DNA of 58,056 nucleotides from positions 3,260,040 through 3,318,095 of the forward strand of contig BFEA01000002.1 in the NCBI GenBank assembly GCA_003427395.1, read 5' to 3'. The notes below the pieces were generated by a model that was not told the DNA's origin, did no database searches, and was given only the letters and a program-made list of their open reading frames with translations. This stretch comes from Chara braunii (taxonomy: Eukaryota > Plantae > Charophyceae). A program made the translations under genes and the position numbers. Positions 1 through 13,916 of this stretch are shown one piece after another. Numbering within the stretch: the first letter of the stretch is position 1; each line of letters opens with the position of its first letter.

Positions 1-50
<50 letters not shown>
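1..50. repeat. (AG)n microsatellite
   Basis: Perfect AG dinucleotide run. Confidence 0.97.
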
Positions 51-51
<1 letters not shown>

Positions 52-1090
52 AGACGACAAGCACCGATGCCCGCCAAGCACAACATGGGAAGAAACAAGG
101 GGAGAGCGAGAGAGAGAGAGAAAGAGAGACATGAAACAAAAATGGGACGACATCGGCGAGTGTTGCTGTGCGCCACGACGTAGTCGTGGCGGGGTCCACT
201 TGTTTTTTTATAAAGGTCCATGTTTGTAGTAGAGGGTGGATGCTAGGCCTCAGGAGGTGCCTGTCGTTGTACTCAACCAGTGAGGGGATCAGATGGCTTG
301 TGTCAACCCCAACGACAATCTTTTTTGTCCTCCAGGGGGCATCATTCGTGACCTGTTATATCCTAATCTTATCGCAAGTCGAGCCCTATAGCAGTGCGAC
401 CCATACCTCTCTATCTAAACCTGGACCTACACCAACCCGCACCTTCCAAGGAGCCACAGACACCCCGGGTGCTACCATAGGGACACCCCGAATCCTCGAG
501 GACGACCCGGATACAGGCTAGGTGAACCTTTATCACATCATGCAGACTCTATGGGTAGCGAGCCACCCTTCTACATACAGTTCGACAACCCTCCCTCCCC
601 TGCCTAAGATGACTCCCTTACCTAGGAACCCTTCCTCAGACTCATACCCCAACCGAACCCTCAATGGGAACTCAGACAGGTACCAACCCGGATGAAGCCC
701 AGCCCACAAGCATCGTGAGATAAACCTGAAGCCCGCCCGTGGGAATCGTACATGCCTAACACCCAACCACTACCACTACTCAAGGGTGTGTGGAGAGAGC
801 GAAGTGTACCTGGGATGCAGGATCGTACAATGTAGGTACGATCTCTCGTGGATGGACCATGAGGCTGGGAAACAACCATGGTACCCAGACGCGCTCAGTC
901 TCTCCTGCAGAGCAGCCGATACGAACGAGGCGGCGCACTCAGACAGGCCCACAGATCCTACACAAAGTCCTATCTACCCATCCCCCCTCCCACCTATCAA
1001 TCTACCCAATACTTCCCCCCTATCCACGGTGAGTACACAAGGCATGACCTAGAGATCATCGGACCATACTCAACACACAACCCACACGTA

Positions 1091-1125
1091 AACACTCAAC
1101 ACTCAACACTCAACACTCAACACTC
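1091..1125. repeat. (AACACTC)5 tandem repeat
   Basis: Five consecutive copies of AACACTC. Confidence 0.9.
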
Positions 1126-2390
1126 ATCAGACTTCCACAGGTCAAACCACTCAAACAGTCGTCCCCCCAAAGCCCACTACCAGCATACTGCAACCATGGA
1201 CCTAACCCCTTGGGTGGTGCGCAGGCCGTGTCTGTATAAGTACTACGCGTCAGCCCAAGGGGTGTGTGCGAATGGCTGGGTTCAAAACTCCACGGCCTCG
1301 TGCACCGTGCACGTCCGCCATTATGCGCTTTCATAGCACCCGATTGAACTTCAATCCATGATGAATTCACACGTTCCCATAAACGCATGCAATTGCAGAG
1401 TAGACTTGACGGAGGCAAATCCACACATAATCGGAGAGAGAGATGCATAGCTGAAGCTCATTAGACACGAGAGAGTTGAAAAACGAATTTCAGTTCTTAC
1501 TCATTCCCTGTCCTCCTCCTATGAATCCAGAGGACTGTATTCCCAAGGAATCACAACCACGTTGTCAACAATCCCGAACAACCAAAACAAATGGTGAACG
1601 AAGTATGCAGGAGTTTTCTTCTTCCTCCTCGCCACCGCATACCCCTGGCTATGGCTGTCGTAGCAGCAGAACGCCAAAACTGTTCCCATAGAGCCAGTCC
1701 GAACTAGCAACCCTCCGCAATAGCAGCACCAGCTTAGGGCCCGCACAGAAGTGCAGCGCAGGAATCCTGATGAAGAAGCAGACGACCAATCCAGTATTTT
1801 GAAGAAGATGCTCCCTCGTGAGGAGGGACAACGAAAGAGCTGCCAACGGACATGATGGCAGCGCCCAAGACCCCAACAACAGTCTTGTGGAAGCTTTCAT
1901 GCAGAGCTGCAAAATAGCAGGATTGAACTTCGGTTCCCAAACTGCAGCTATGGCTGGGCTTCAATGAATAAGATAACCTCGTCCAAAATAGCGCAGCAGC
2001 GCTCCAACAATGGACGGTCAGAGTTTCCCCAGCAGCCTCAAAAGAAAAGACCCCAACCCAATTTTCATTCCGCTACTACTCACGACCTAGACCTACGAGA
2101 GACTTCCCAAGGAGCAGCCTAAGACTCCTCTGTATCTGCACTGAAAATGGGGAAAAGGGGACCTAGACCTATGACAGTGCAAAACGAAAAAGGCTGAATG
2201 GCCTAAGACTGCCACAAAGGGACTACTAGTGACAGATATAGGAATCTAGCCCACGAGGCTCGAAACTAACGAACGAGACATGTAAATTGCAGGTCACGGG
2301 ATCGAGTCCCGCAAGGCTCAAAACAAAGAAACAACAAACACAGCCACACATAGTTAGTGTACCACTCGCAGAAAGATCTGCAATTCATTG

Positions 2391-2668
2391 CAGGAGGAGG
2401 TGAGGAGGATGTGAGGAGTAGGAGGAAGAAGACAACATGACAAGGGGGAGGAGATACCATCCAAAAGTTTCCATGGGGGAAAAAAAATTGACAAGGTCGT
2501 GCAAGGAGGGTGAGAGGTGGAGGAGGGGGGATGGTAAGTGACGAGGCCATGACAGGGACGAGATGAGATGGAGGAGGAGATAAGGGGGAGGAGAGATGCT
2601 GAAGGAAAAGGAGAGGATGGAGAAGGAGGAGATGGGGAGGAGGAGGGGGAGGAGGAGGAAGAGGAAGA
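2391..2668. repeat. GGA-rich degenerate repeat, left part of the sequence interrupted by the Gypsy element
   Basis: GGA-rich with the motif GGAGGAGATACCATCC...AAGTTTCCATGG, which recurs at 11984-13090. Confidence 0.75.
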
Positions 2669-3927
2669 CGTTATGATCCTGGACAATTTCGGAGTTCACA
2701 TTCAGAAAGTACAATGCCATCCAATTGCGAAAAGAAACGAATGAACTTGAGAGGAGAGAGAGGGAAAGAAGAAGATGTACACCAGCAAAAACCAATGAGA
2801 ATTCCCTTCTTCTTCGCCAACCACTGTCCTCCTCCTTATCTCCTCCCCTCTTTTTCAGCCAAGAAATAATAATACTAATGTTGAATGGCTGAACCAGAAT
2901 CAATGTCCGAATCCCTTTTCTACTGCAGGCGTCACATGAGGTCCACCATAGCCATGACCACCCTTCGTCCTCCTCCTTCCACAGTCGAAGCTATGGCGGG
3001 CTACCAGAGCACCGCCCTGCTGTACCAAGGACAACACAAAGCAGCTATGGCTGCTCTAGCTCAGGCCGCCACGCCTGACTCTGCCTCGAAGCTTCTTGGT
3101 GTAGCTCTACCCCAACGGGGGCCTTCCAGATGCAGCGCCCAGCAAGGTGATGAAGATGGCATCCACCATAGCCAGGTAAGTACCTATGGCGCTCCTCCCT
3201 CCTAGTCTTGGTCTTCTTCCTTCTCCTGTCGTTGCTCCTCCCCAGCTGCGTTGCTCTTGATGCTTAGCGCTGCTCCAGCCAGCGCTCCAACCAGTGTGTC
3301 GCCAAACTTGCACACCGATAATGAGGAGCACCTTGCTCCTCCTGGAGATATAGCGGCCTGCTTGCCTCTTGGCAAGTGACTTCTGAGGTCACGTGGCCTC
3401 CAAGCAACCGGTACGTCCTCCCATCCGAAGGGAAACATCATTGCAAACTTTGATATTGCTCGTACAGGCCCTATTCTCAGACTGGTTGGACTGGTACTTG
3501 CCTAGACCTAGCCTACAACTACTGGGCCTCTAAAAAGGCCAACTTTGTCTTCTTTTGCTCGGCCCCAAGTACCCGACACATGTACCTCTACCTGGTGTGG
3601 TACTGACCTACTTGTTACTCGAGTGTTTTTTCCGCTGCTTCAAGTGCCGCGGGCCTCTTTCCCCGCCACTTGAGTGTTTCCCCCGCTGCAACCCTCAATG
3701 CCACGGCCACAGGTAAGTACCGGCCCTTTGGGCCGTCCACACGAACAAGTACGCTTGCGGGTCCCACACATACACTCAACCCGACAAGCACTCAGACATG
3801 CATGCAGACCAGCAAGCACGCACACACTCAGACTTAGAAAGCTCGGCAACAAGCGGGAAGGCATGCATTCCATTGGCAAAACTCAAAAATCAGTTGGGTC
3901 TCAGTCCGTGTTTGGCAGGTCCTAACA
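2669..3927 (-). repeat. 3' LTR of the Gypsy element
   Basis: Direct repeat of 10667-11983 (roughly 90% identical by eye). Reads CGTTATGATCC...GGTCCTAACA on the + strand, so one terminal TG is changed to CG. Confidence 0.93.
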
Positions 3928-3943
3928 CTACCCCCCTCTCAAG
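3928..3943 (-). promoter_or_regulatory. Polypurine tract (PPT)
   Basis: Minus strand reads CTTGAGAGGGGGGTAG immediately before the 3' LTR. Confidence 0.88.
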
Positions 3944-3971
3944 AGCGAGGTCTCTTCGAGTGAGTAACTCA

Positions 3972-6900
3972 TTATGAGTCCCGGACAAACATAGTGAAGA
4001 GATTACGTGAGTACTCAGTAGCAGTGAGTTTTGCAGAGATTTTGGGAACAACATCAGAAGCTATTTGTGGTTCGTATGCTTTCACAAAGAGAGGTGGGTT
4101 GCGCATCAGTTCCTTCTTAGAGATCCAATGTAGGTCGTCCAAGAGGTGGTACATGAAATGAACCTGATATTGTCTGTTGCGTCCCTCCTCGATGTGATTT
4201 TTAGTTCTGACTATCTTGTGATCGCAATTGATTGCACGACGGATCATGTTCTCACGATATTTGAAGGTTTTAGCCTCGCGATATATAAACAACTTTGACA
4301 TATGTGCACAAATGAGGAGGCACAACAATTACGCATGAAGGACCAAACTTATCACCAATCACGTCCAAAACTTCCCACGGATCATAATAGAGAGGGAGAA
4401 GTTTGCGTGACACCCCCTCTTCTTCCGAAAATTCAGACATCTTGACCCATACGTAACTTCCCACTTTGATTGTCGAAGGTGTGTGCTTCTTATTCGCATG
4501 ACGGATCATGGCGTATTGTCGCTTGATCATTGCTGCAATGGCAACCTTGAGCAAGCGATCATACTTGGCGCTAAAGCCAGGCCCGCCAGGTGTTAGACCA
4601 GCCGGCTGTTCAGGGAATAAGTAGGAGAGCGGATTACGGATTTGCCAACCGTAATACAACATGTTTGGCGTCATGTCGGTAGATGATTCGAATGGAGTTG
4701 TTGTACTCCCTTTGATTAAATACAGAGCTTCATCCCACGCTTCTTGATCCGGGATAATTAAAGCGTAGAGAAGTTGAAACACATTCTGGTTTATTTCTCT
4801 GGCAAATCCGTTGACTTTGGGATGTCTACCAGATGTCATGCTCAGTTAGAGACCAAGGAGTTGGAACGTGAAGTCCTTCCACTTAGTACGTATGAAACGC
4901 GGGTCTCGATCGCTCACAAGGGTTTTTGGGGTCCCGAACTGCAAAATGTACTTTGGTGGAACTCACGGATCACAAGTTCACTTGGGGCATGAGGTGGCAA
5001 TGAAATCAGTTTTAGGAATTTGGAAAAACGGTCAACAAGCACCATCACTTGCAACTATCCATATCTTACTCGTTTTTTCCATGTCCGTGAAGTCAATAGA
5101 GACGGATTCTTCGGGACCGTTGGGAATGGGAAGAGGTTTAACCGTTTGAGCAGCCCCATGGGCTTTTGTCTTGATGGTTTGATTCGTTGACAGACTTGAT
5201 ACTCAGCCACAAACTTTTCAGCACACCCTTTCATTTCAGGGCAATCAAATTGTTGTAATAGGTTTTTGTAGGGTTTTGCCATGCCGAAGTATCCACTCCG
5301 ACCGTGAGCCAAATCCAAGAAGTGAGTGCGGAGAGGTTCATGGTTGCGTAGACACAAACGGTCATTCTTTTCGTAGCGTCGAAAAACCAGACCTTCACAT
5401 TCGTGAAAATCAAGCTGATTGTTGGGGTCAGCCCGCAACCGCTTAAGGAGTGGTCTAAGGTATGGATCCTTGGCAACTTGCTCCACGAGTTCCTCCTTTA
5501 GTTTCTTCTGGAGGTCGTAGGAATTCACAAGGCGAGTTATATACTCGTGGTGGTGAGACAATGCATCAGCAAGTCGATTATAACAACCTTCTTGTGTCTT
5601 AATTCAAAGTTAAAAATGTCAATCTCATGGAACCAGCGAGTCAACGTAGGGGACAAGGTAGTTGTTCCTTGATCCATTTCAAAGTCGCATGATTTGAGAA
5701 GACTTTGAAGCGGCGTCCCAAACGATAGTACTTCCAGTGGTCCAAAATAATGCGCAAAGCATAAAGTTCGCGCATATAGATGGAAGTAGCTACCTTTTCA
5801 TTGGGCATGCGTTTGCTGTAGAATTCGAGTGGACGCGAGCCATCACCATCTTGTTGCAGCACCGCGCCAATCCCGTATTGGCTCACATCCGTAGTGACTA
5901 CCAATGTGAGTTTGGGATCCGCAATGCGGAGCACAGGATGATTCACCAATGCCTCTTTCAAGGTTTGAAAGGTGGTATCACATGCTTCATCCCATGTATA
6001 AAATACCTTTTTGCTTGTTAGTTTGGACAATGGGCGAGCAATGATAGAGAATTTGGGCACAAACTTACGGTAGTATGATGCAAGACCAAGAAAGGAATGC
6101 AATCCGCGGACATTCGCGGGTTGAGGTCACTTGTATATGACCTCACCTTGGCTGCCTCAGGCTCAAGACTTGCAGTAGACAACCGGTGCCCAAGATACAT
6201 GACGCTGTCCGTCGCAAACTTAGATTTGTCTAAGTTGAGAACACTTCCTCAAGGTGCTTTATGTGTTCCTCGATCGATTTGCTGAAAATCAGAATGTCAT
6301 CCAGATACATAACCACAAATCGACCAATCTGTTCACGGAGGACCTTGTCCATAAGACTTTGAAAGGTGGCCGATGCGTTCGTAAGACCGAAAGGTATTGT
6401 CGTGAACTCGTAAAACCCATTGTGTGTGTTGAACGCGGTCTTGTGCTGGTCATAAGGATCGACTTCAATCTTGTGATACCAAGACTTGAGATCGATATTG
6501 GAGAAGACTTTGCCCCCCCACCTACAACATCAAGCAAATCATCTATGCATGGCAATGGGTATGCATTCTTCCTTGTGATGCGGTTTAGACCGTGATAATC
6601 AATACACATTCGGAGCTTGCCTCCTTTCTTTGGGACAAACAAAACTGGTGCATTGAATTCAGATTCGCTCGGCTTGATCCACCTTTTGTAATCATCTCAT
6701 CAATTTGCTTTCGGAGTTCCTCCAACTAGTCGGATCCCATACGGTATACACAACCTTTTGGAGGAACAATGCCTTATACTAACTCGATCGTGCAACCTTT
6801 TGGAGGAAGGACGCCTTACACTAACTCGATCGTGCGTTTGGCTGATCGCGTGGGGACTCCACGCGGCTCGGCCAGAACTTCCCGGAATCGATTGAATAAG

Positions 6901-7650
6901 CTTTGGATGTTTGTTGGGATTTTCGGGGGTGGGGGATCGAAAAAAGGATCACCTAAATCGGGTTGCAGTGTAGTAGTGAAGGCAACCGAATCTGAAGTAG
7001 AATCATTTGGACTAGAAGTAGATGGGGAAGTAGAAATACTAGAAGTAGGCACATTAGGCAAAATAGGATTTGTACTACCCGCAAAAGTAGAAGGCACATG
7101 AGTAGGACAAAAAAAAGCAACATACAATTGTTCTTCTGCCTTGCGCTTGCGCCACTTCTTGCAGAACTGCATTGCATTGAGATAAGTCACTTGGGATTCA
7201 CTCTGCGCCTTCATTTCCCAAAGCATCATGCACCACAAAGAGATCAACCTTCCACTCAGTCCATTTGCATGGGACCGTAACCAGCCCAACCCAAGGACTG
7301 CGTCGAAGGGGTACTTGTCAAGTACATAGAAGTTGAGTGCATGTGTAACTGCCTTATCTTTGTCAAAGGTAGTGCGCACACCACTGACCGCATGCGTAGA
7401 GGAGACAACTTCCTTGTTGCCTACCTGGGTTTGGCAAGGGGTCTGTAACTCCACTTGCCTCATTCCCAAGCCCACCTTGCGTATCCCATGTGGACACATG
7501 AAGTTAGTAGTTACGCCACATTCAACCAAGACACGGAGGTAGCGGTGGTTAATGAGAAAATTGAAGAAGATTAATTTTGTTGTTCCTTGAGCACGCCATT
7601 GTTTCATCTCAGCCCAATCCTTAAGGTGGTAGTTGAAGTTGACCTTTTCG
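3972..7650 (-). pseudogene. pol: Frameshifted Gypsy pol (protease, RT, RNase H, integrase, chromodomain)
   Basis: Protease-like [49 protein letters not shown]. RNase H FLGLASYYRKFV...TTDVSQYGIGAVLQQ...RELYAL. Integrase zinc-finger region LAHGRSGYFG...CQRIK and core SGRHPKVNG. Chromodomain-like RQYQVHF...HWISKKEL. Confidence 0.93.
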
Positions 7651-8209
7651 AACTCCTACCAAGGCTCATCATAGAGTACATGACATGCATCAGCCTTGGA
7701 ATCAAAAGATGAGGGGGCTTCAAGGGAAGATTGTTCATCTACGTGAGGTTCGGTCTCCCTTGCTGTAGAAAGTGTTGATGCCAACTCTACGCCCGATTCG
7801 GGGTTCCTTGCAACCTAAAACAACTTTGGACTTTATAGTTGGGTTTTAGGCAATGCAGGCAAACTCTCTTCTTGATCCTAGCCTTCCATTCATTTTCGCT
7901 GATCCTAAGGTTCAACCAAGGTTTGGTTGCAACATCCTCGAGCTTGGCTGGGAACTTGGCTCCCTTGGGAAGTGGGATATAGTTTTTTCATTGAGTTCCG
8001 GTTTGGCCTTTCACATTGGCGGACTTTCTAAAGGCATTAAGTTTCTCTGCATCATTGTTAATATCGCATTCATGGGCTGAAGATGAACAGCATGTATCAG
8101 ATTTCTGCTCTTGATTGTCATGGTGGGGTCATCTGCATAGGCCTCCTCATCAGCCTCCAACAGGTCATGCACAACAAAGCGGTTGCAGCCTCTAAATCAC
8201 TTGCTGCCT

Positions 8210-9200
8210 ATAGGCTTCTTGTTGCCTGCTGTAGAAACGAGGTCTGACTACATCCTGCATGAGGGAAAGTCAGTCCGTGTTTCCAATGAGATCTCTGCCT
8301 AGGCGATGTGTGTAAGTAGTGGGAACCGCACCTTTCACTACATCCATGCATGATTGTGCAGTCATTTCCAACTCGAGAGTGGCAAAAAGTCTGCTTACAT
8401 ACAATTGCAGGTTGTGCATGGTGCTCGACCATTTGTTGCGCTTGAGATTGTCAAGCTTGTTCCTTACTCTAACAGCAACATGTGGATCTTTGTATTGTTT
8501 AGTCGAGATCTCTTCCAGTGTGGCCATTTGGTCATGTCAATCTCAATCGTCCGACTTGCATAGCTTGTATTCCTAAGAAGCCCCGTACAGCGGGTTCGAC
8601 GTTGGTCCCTAAAATCAAGGACTGGCTCATCAATTGAGTTCCCAATACCTCAAAGTAGGCTCTCATGGAGCTGATCCAAGACTCCACGTCTTCCTTGCCG
8701 TCATGCTTAGACGATATTTGTACCGCCTTTTTGTCCACGCAGGGACTGCTATAATCAGCTCCAACAAATGTTGTGTTTGAACTCAAGGCTGCAACAGTTG
8801 CCGAAATCCCTGCGCTGTCACTTATTGCAGCGGCAGCGGGGTCTGCACCTAATGCAGGTCCCAATTGAACCACACTTAGAGACAAAGAGGTAGAGGCATG
8901 GAGAGGAGCAAAGACTGACTGGTTAGCAGCATTGGAGGCAGGAGGTAGCGGGAGAGGATGCGTCTGCAGTTGACTTACCTGGCCAAAATATTTGGATATA
9001 TGACCAGGCATTTCACTTTGCAGATGACAGTTTATGAGAGCACACACGTACTTGACCAGATCTTTCTTGACCTCAGTGTCAGCCAAGGAGGGGACTGTTT
9101 TAAAAACGGCCTCATTGTCCGCAACAACGGTTTTCCGCTTTTCCTTCTTTGCCTTCTCTTCCCTTGTCAGTCCTTGTCGTAGAGGACTCAGAACAATGGT
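8210..9200 (-). pseudogene. gag: Disrupted gag
   Basis: Lies upstream of pol. Fragments KHDGKEDVESWISSMRAYFEVLG and YKDPHVAVRVRNKLDNL resemble retrotransposon gag. Boundaries approximate. Confidence 0.75.
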
Positions 9201-10653
9201 TTGTCCTCATCGTTGGCCGCATCTAGTTGGCCCTTCAAGGCTACAGAGGCCTTTACCGTGGCCATGTTAGAACTACCGGGGTTCTCAGGCATTACGAAAA
9301 AAGACTCAGCAAGTCACTCAAGATGTGTGCTCTCTCTCTCCCTTCTCTCGCTCTTCATTTTATCCACGAGTCTCTACGGGCATCGAAATATGAACTCAAA
9401 AAAAGAAACAATTGAAAACCTCAAAGAAGAGAAGGTAGAACTCCTAGCCGGAGCGACATTACATTTGGACTAGAGAGCAACCATACAAAAAATAAAAATA
9501 AAAAAAATCAGATGAGAGATCTGATCCAGCATCTCAGCCTGATCAAACCGAATACGAGATCCCCTGGAGTCCAATCTGATCAGTTTCGTGGACGTACAAC
9601 AAATTCAGACGATGAGTAACGACATGCAAATGAAGAATTGAGTGGTGTATAAGGTGCGAGTCAAGCCACAGACCGTGCGGTAAAAGTATACAAAACATGT
9701 CAATAGAGATTCCCTCGGCAGCAAGTGCTCTAGCCAAAGAATAAAACTGCGTCCCGGACAGAAAGAGAATGATCTAACGTCAAACAGATTTGGGCCTAAG
9801 GGGCCCTTCTTGCTTGGGCCTGGTCCCACTAGGTACGCAGAAGGTCCCAAGTAGGTCATCACCAAGTCCCAACCAAGAAGAGTCCCATATGGACCTATTT
9901 CTGCCTCTACCGAACTGGGAAACGAATTTCAACTTTGGAAAGAACCTATAGTCTACATCCGTTCAGAGACAAAAAGACAATGCACTGCAGAAAGATATGG
10001 TGTCCAAAGCAAGATACCTCATCTCTTTATCCATCAGGTGAGAAAACAGTTTGAAAAAACATACTCACAATCAAGACCACAGACGAGTAGGAAAAGAAAC
10101 CCAGAGTAACCCCAACAGGCAATCAATGCCATGCACACGCATACATAGGTGCATGGCACTTTCCTGAGTGGCCCTAGAACTCACCCCCCTCTCATATGGT
10201 CCTCCTGACCCATTTAACACAACCCCTACACTAGTGTCCTCTTACTCCAGCACCAAAGTGCAACGCCGGATCCCCCGACGATGCTGAAGAACAAGGTAGC
10301 AACTTGCAGTCCGTAGATGCAGAATGGCTGGAACCTATAGTGCGCCTACTTGAGGGAAGCCCTAAGTCACAAAGTGTCTCCCTTGAATCAGATTCCAGGT
10401 GCGAGTGCCGCTCATTGTCGCCTCTCCCAATTGTCGCACCAAGTCATCTAGAAGTGTCTCGCCACTCCGATCTTACTCTCACACAACCTAGTTAGGTCAA
10501 GTGTCAACCCAACATGACCTAACTAGGTGGGGGCAGCTTCCCTTAACCACGCTGCCCCACTTTCCTCAACTTCCAGCCCTAACCTAAGTGGTAGCCCTCC
10601 ACTTAGGTTAGGGTTGGAGCGGCAAAGTCAACTCTCGCCAGCAAGTAGAATCC

Positions 10654-10665
10654 GCTCTGATACCG
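10654..10665 (-). promoter_or_regulatory. Primer-binding site, tRNA-iMet type
   Basis: Minus strand reads CGGTATCAGAGC, 11/12 identical to canonical TGGTATCAGAGC, 1 nt from the 5' LTR. Confidence 0.9.
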
Positions 10666-10666
10666 G

Positions 10667-11983
10667 TGTTATGATCCTGGCCAATTTTGAAGTACACATT
10701 CATCAGAAAGCACAATGCCGTCCAATTGCAAAAAGAAATGAATGAACTTGATAGAGGAGAGAGGGAAAGAAGAAGAAGAAGATGAAAGAAAGAAGAAGAA
10801 GAAAATGTAGATCAGTAGAGACCAGTGACAATTCCCTTCTTCTTCGCCAACCACTCTCCTCGTTATCTCCTCCTCTCTTTTTCAAACAAGAAATAATGAT
10901 AATATTGTTGAATGGCTGAACCAGAATCAATGTCTGAATCCCTCTTCTACTGCAGGCATCACATGAGGTTCACCATAGCGATGGCCACCCTTCTTCCTCC
11001 TTCCACGTCCAAGGCTATGGCGGACTACCAGGGCACCGTCCTGATGTGCAAAGGACAACACAAAGCAGCTATGGCTGCTCTATCTCAGGCCGCCATGCCT
11101 GACTCTGCCTCGAAGCTTCTTGGTGTAGCTCTACCCCAATGGGGGCCTTCCAGATGCAGCGCCCACCAAGGGGATGAAGATGGCATCCTCCATAGTCAGG
11201 TAAGTACCTTTGGCGCTCCTCCCTCCTAGTCCTGGTCTTCTTCCTCCTCCTTTCCTTGCTCCTCCCCAGCAGCGCTGCTCTTGATGTTTAGCACTGCTCC
11301 AGCCGGTGCTCCAACCAGTGTGTCGCCAAACTTGCACACTGATAATGAGGAGGAGCACCTCGCTCCTCCTGGAGATATAGCGGCCTGCTTGCCACTTGGC
11401 GAGTGACTTCCTAGGCCGCGTGGCCTCCAAGCAACCGGTACCTCCTCCCATTCGGAGGGAAACATCATTGCAGACTCTGATATTGCTCGTACAGGCCCTA
11501 GACTCAGACTGGTTGGACTGGTACTTGCCTAGACCTAGCCTATACAACTACAGGGCCTCTAAAAATGCCAACTTCGTCTTCTTCTGCTCGGCCTCAAGTA
11601 CCCGGCACATCTACCTCTACCTGGTGTGGTATCGGCCTACCTGTTACTTGAGTGTTTTTTCTCCGCTGCTTCAAGTGTTGCAGGCCTCTTTCCCCGCCGC
11701 TTGAGTGTTTTCCTCACTGCAACCCTCAATGCCATGGCCACAGGTAAGTACCGCCCCTTTGGGCCTCCCACACGGACAAGTACCCTCACGGTTCCCACAC
11801 ACACACTCAACCTGACAAGCACTCAGACTTGTCAGGCAAGGCATACAGACAAGCAAGCACGCACGCACACACTCAGACTTAGAAAGCTCATCAACAAGCG
11901 GGAAACTCAGCAAGGCATGCATTCCGTTGGCAAAACTCAGAAATCAGCTGTCTGTCTCAGTCCGTGTTTGGCAGGTCCTTACA
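10667..11983 (-). repeat. 5' LTR of the Gypsy element
   Basis: TGTTATGATCC...GGTCCTTACA with TG...CA termini; homologous to 2669-3927. Confidence 0.93.
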
Positions 11984-13090
11984 ACATGAAAAGGGGAGGA
12001 GATACCATCCAAGTTCGAAGTTTCCATGGAAAAAAAGGCGACGAGGCCGTGACATTTTAGGGTCAGAGCTGCAGGAGGAGGAGCGGAGGAGGAAAGATGG
12101 ACTAGGGATGGAGGAGGACGAGGAGAGATAGAGGAGGAGGAGGAGGAGGGATGGAGGAGGGGGAGGAGGAGGGATGGAGGAGGGGGAGGAGGAGGACATA
12201 ACAAGGAGATACCATCGGAGGAGAAGGACGTAACAAGGAGGAGGAGATACCATTGCGGCTCGATGAGATGGAGGCCGAGAGAGGGGGGAGGAGAGATGGA
12301 GGGGGAAGAGGAGGAGGCGGTGAGGAGGAGGCGGAATACAACATGAGAAGGGGGAGGAGATAGCATCCAAGTTCGAAGTTTCCATGGAAAAACAAGTGAC
12401 GAGGCCATGACAAGGAGGTCAGATCTGCGGGAGTAGAGATGGAGGAGGAAAGATGGACGAGTAGGGATGAAGGAGGAGGAGGAAGTAACAAGGAGGAGAT
12501 ACCCTCGAAGCTCATACTTTACATAAAATGGTGACGAGAGCTTTGACGAGGAGGAGGGATGGAGGAGAAGGACGAGGAGGAGGAAAGGAGAAGGCAGAGG
12601 AGGAGAGGTGGAGGAGGAGGTTAGGATGATGAGACATGGAGGAGGTGAGTAGGAGGAGGAGACACAGAGGACGAGGAGCAGCTTAAGAGGAATGGAGATG
12701 GAGGACGTCGGGACTGGTGGAGAGAGACCATCACACTTCCAAGTTTCCATATACAAAGAAAAAAAAGTGTGATGAGGGGGTGATGAAGAAGGTGACAAGG
12801 AGGTCAGGAGGAGGGGGAGCAGGTGACGAGGAGGTGCAATAAGGTGACGAGGAGATACACTCGCAGTTTGAAGTGTCCATGAGGAGAGGACGTGATGAGG
12901 ACTGGTGGAGGTGAGGAGGAGATGTGGATGAGTAGGAGGACAACAAGCAGGAGGAGGTCATGAAGACATACCATCGAGGTTCGAAGTTCTATGACGCGGA
13001 CGAGAAGAGATGGAGGACGAGGAGAAGGAGAGGAGGATGACGAGATGAGGAGGGGGAAGATGTAGAGGAGGAGGGGGAGGTGGAGGACGT
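11984..13090. repeat. GGA-rich degenerate tandem repeat
   Basis: Recurring units GGAGATACCATC...GTTCGAAGTTTCCATGG separated by GGA runs. Confidence 0.8.
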
Positions 13091-13767
13091 GAGTTTGAGA
13101 GAGAGCAAGCGGGCTGGTGGAGACCCACCTGGGGCCTTGTACGGCACACGGTAGGGGTGCGCGTGTGCGCCAACAGCCCATGATTTGGCGCACGACGTGA
13201 GCTTGCATGTATGATTTGAAATCATTATAGTTATTTATCGGCAGCAGTTGCGTGTGCAACCTCCCCCCCCTCTTCTTTCCCGTTCAACTGCTAACTGGCA
13301 TGTACGAGTGCAATGCCTGGCAGTGCCTTCTTTTCTGCGCCCAAAGCATGAGAGAGATGACAACTGAGCTGTATATCTCAGTTCTGGGCCTGACTGCAGC
13401 CCCACTCCCTTTGAACCAGTCTTGCAGTATTCGGCTTTTTTTGCTGCAGGATCGGGTGAGCTCATTTCTGAAGATGACTGCAAGCAAGGACTTGCAGTTG
13501 TAAAATGCCCCTTTGGGATTTCCATTCGAGGCAGCGGCCCTTTGTAGCCATTTTGCGCAGCAAGACCACTCAGTCTCGATTCCCCCGTTTTGAAGTTCAA
13601 TTCCGACGTTCATTCTTTTGCTCCTCTTCAGATTTCCTTTCTAATTTCTATTTCGAATTTTCCCTCTTTAGTACTTTTTTTGGTTATTCCCCCATCTGCT
13701 CCCCCCTCCCCACAGCGCCTTTAGCTTCCTGCGTCTTTACAGTGGGTCTTTGTTCTTTTGCTCTTAA

Positions 13768-13916
13768 ACCACCAGTACTTGGCCAAGCTATCGGCCGTGG
13801 GGAAAAATAGAGTAGAAGCGTTTGTAGTTGGATGAATGTGGGCTCTGCTGTAGTGGACCGTACATTTCCTAAAAGTGTGGCTTGTTGACGGCATGACTTT
13901 AGGAAGTACTGGTGGT
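13768..13916. mobile_element. 149-bp MITE flanked by TTAA (piggyBac-like target site)
   Basis: TTAA|ACCACCAGTACTT ... AAGTACTGGTGGT|TTAA: a perfect 13-bp TIR with TTAA on both sides. Confidence 0.85.

Larger units (their letters stand above)
2669..11983 (-). mobile_element. Full-length but degenerate Ty3/Gypsy LTR retrotransposon with an integrase C-terminal chromodomain
   Basis: Two ~1.3 kb LTRs, a tRNA-iMet-type PBS and a PPT. Minus-strand domain order is gag, protease, RT, RNase H, integrase, chromodomain. Many stops and frameshifts. Confidence 0.95.

Noticed and set aside
2280-2315. tRNA 3'-half-like sequence (GGTCACGGGATCGAGTCCCG)
   Set aside because: No D-arm or acceptor stem found.
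2885-3205. Paired ~105-aa ORFs (also 10912-11229)
   Set aside because: Both lie within the LTRs, so their similarity reflects LTR duplication; no recognisable domain.
11944-13259. Long Ser/Pro/Leu-rich ORFs
   Set aside because: Products of the stop-poor GGA-rich repeat.
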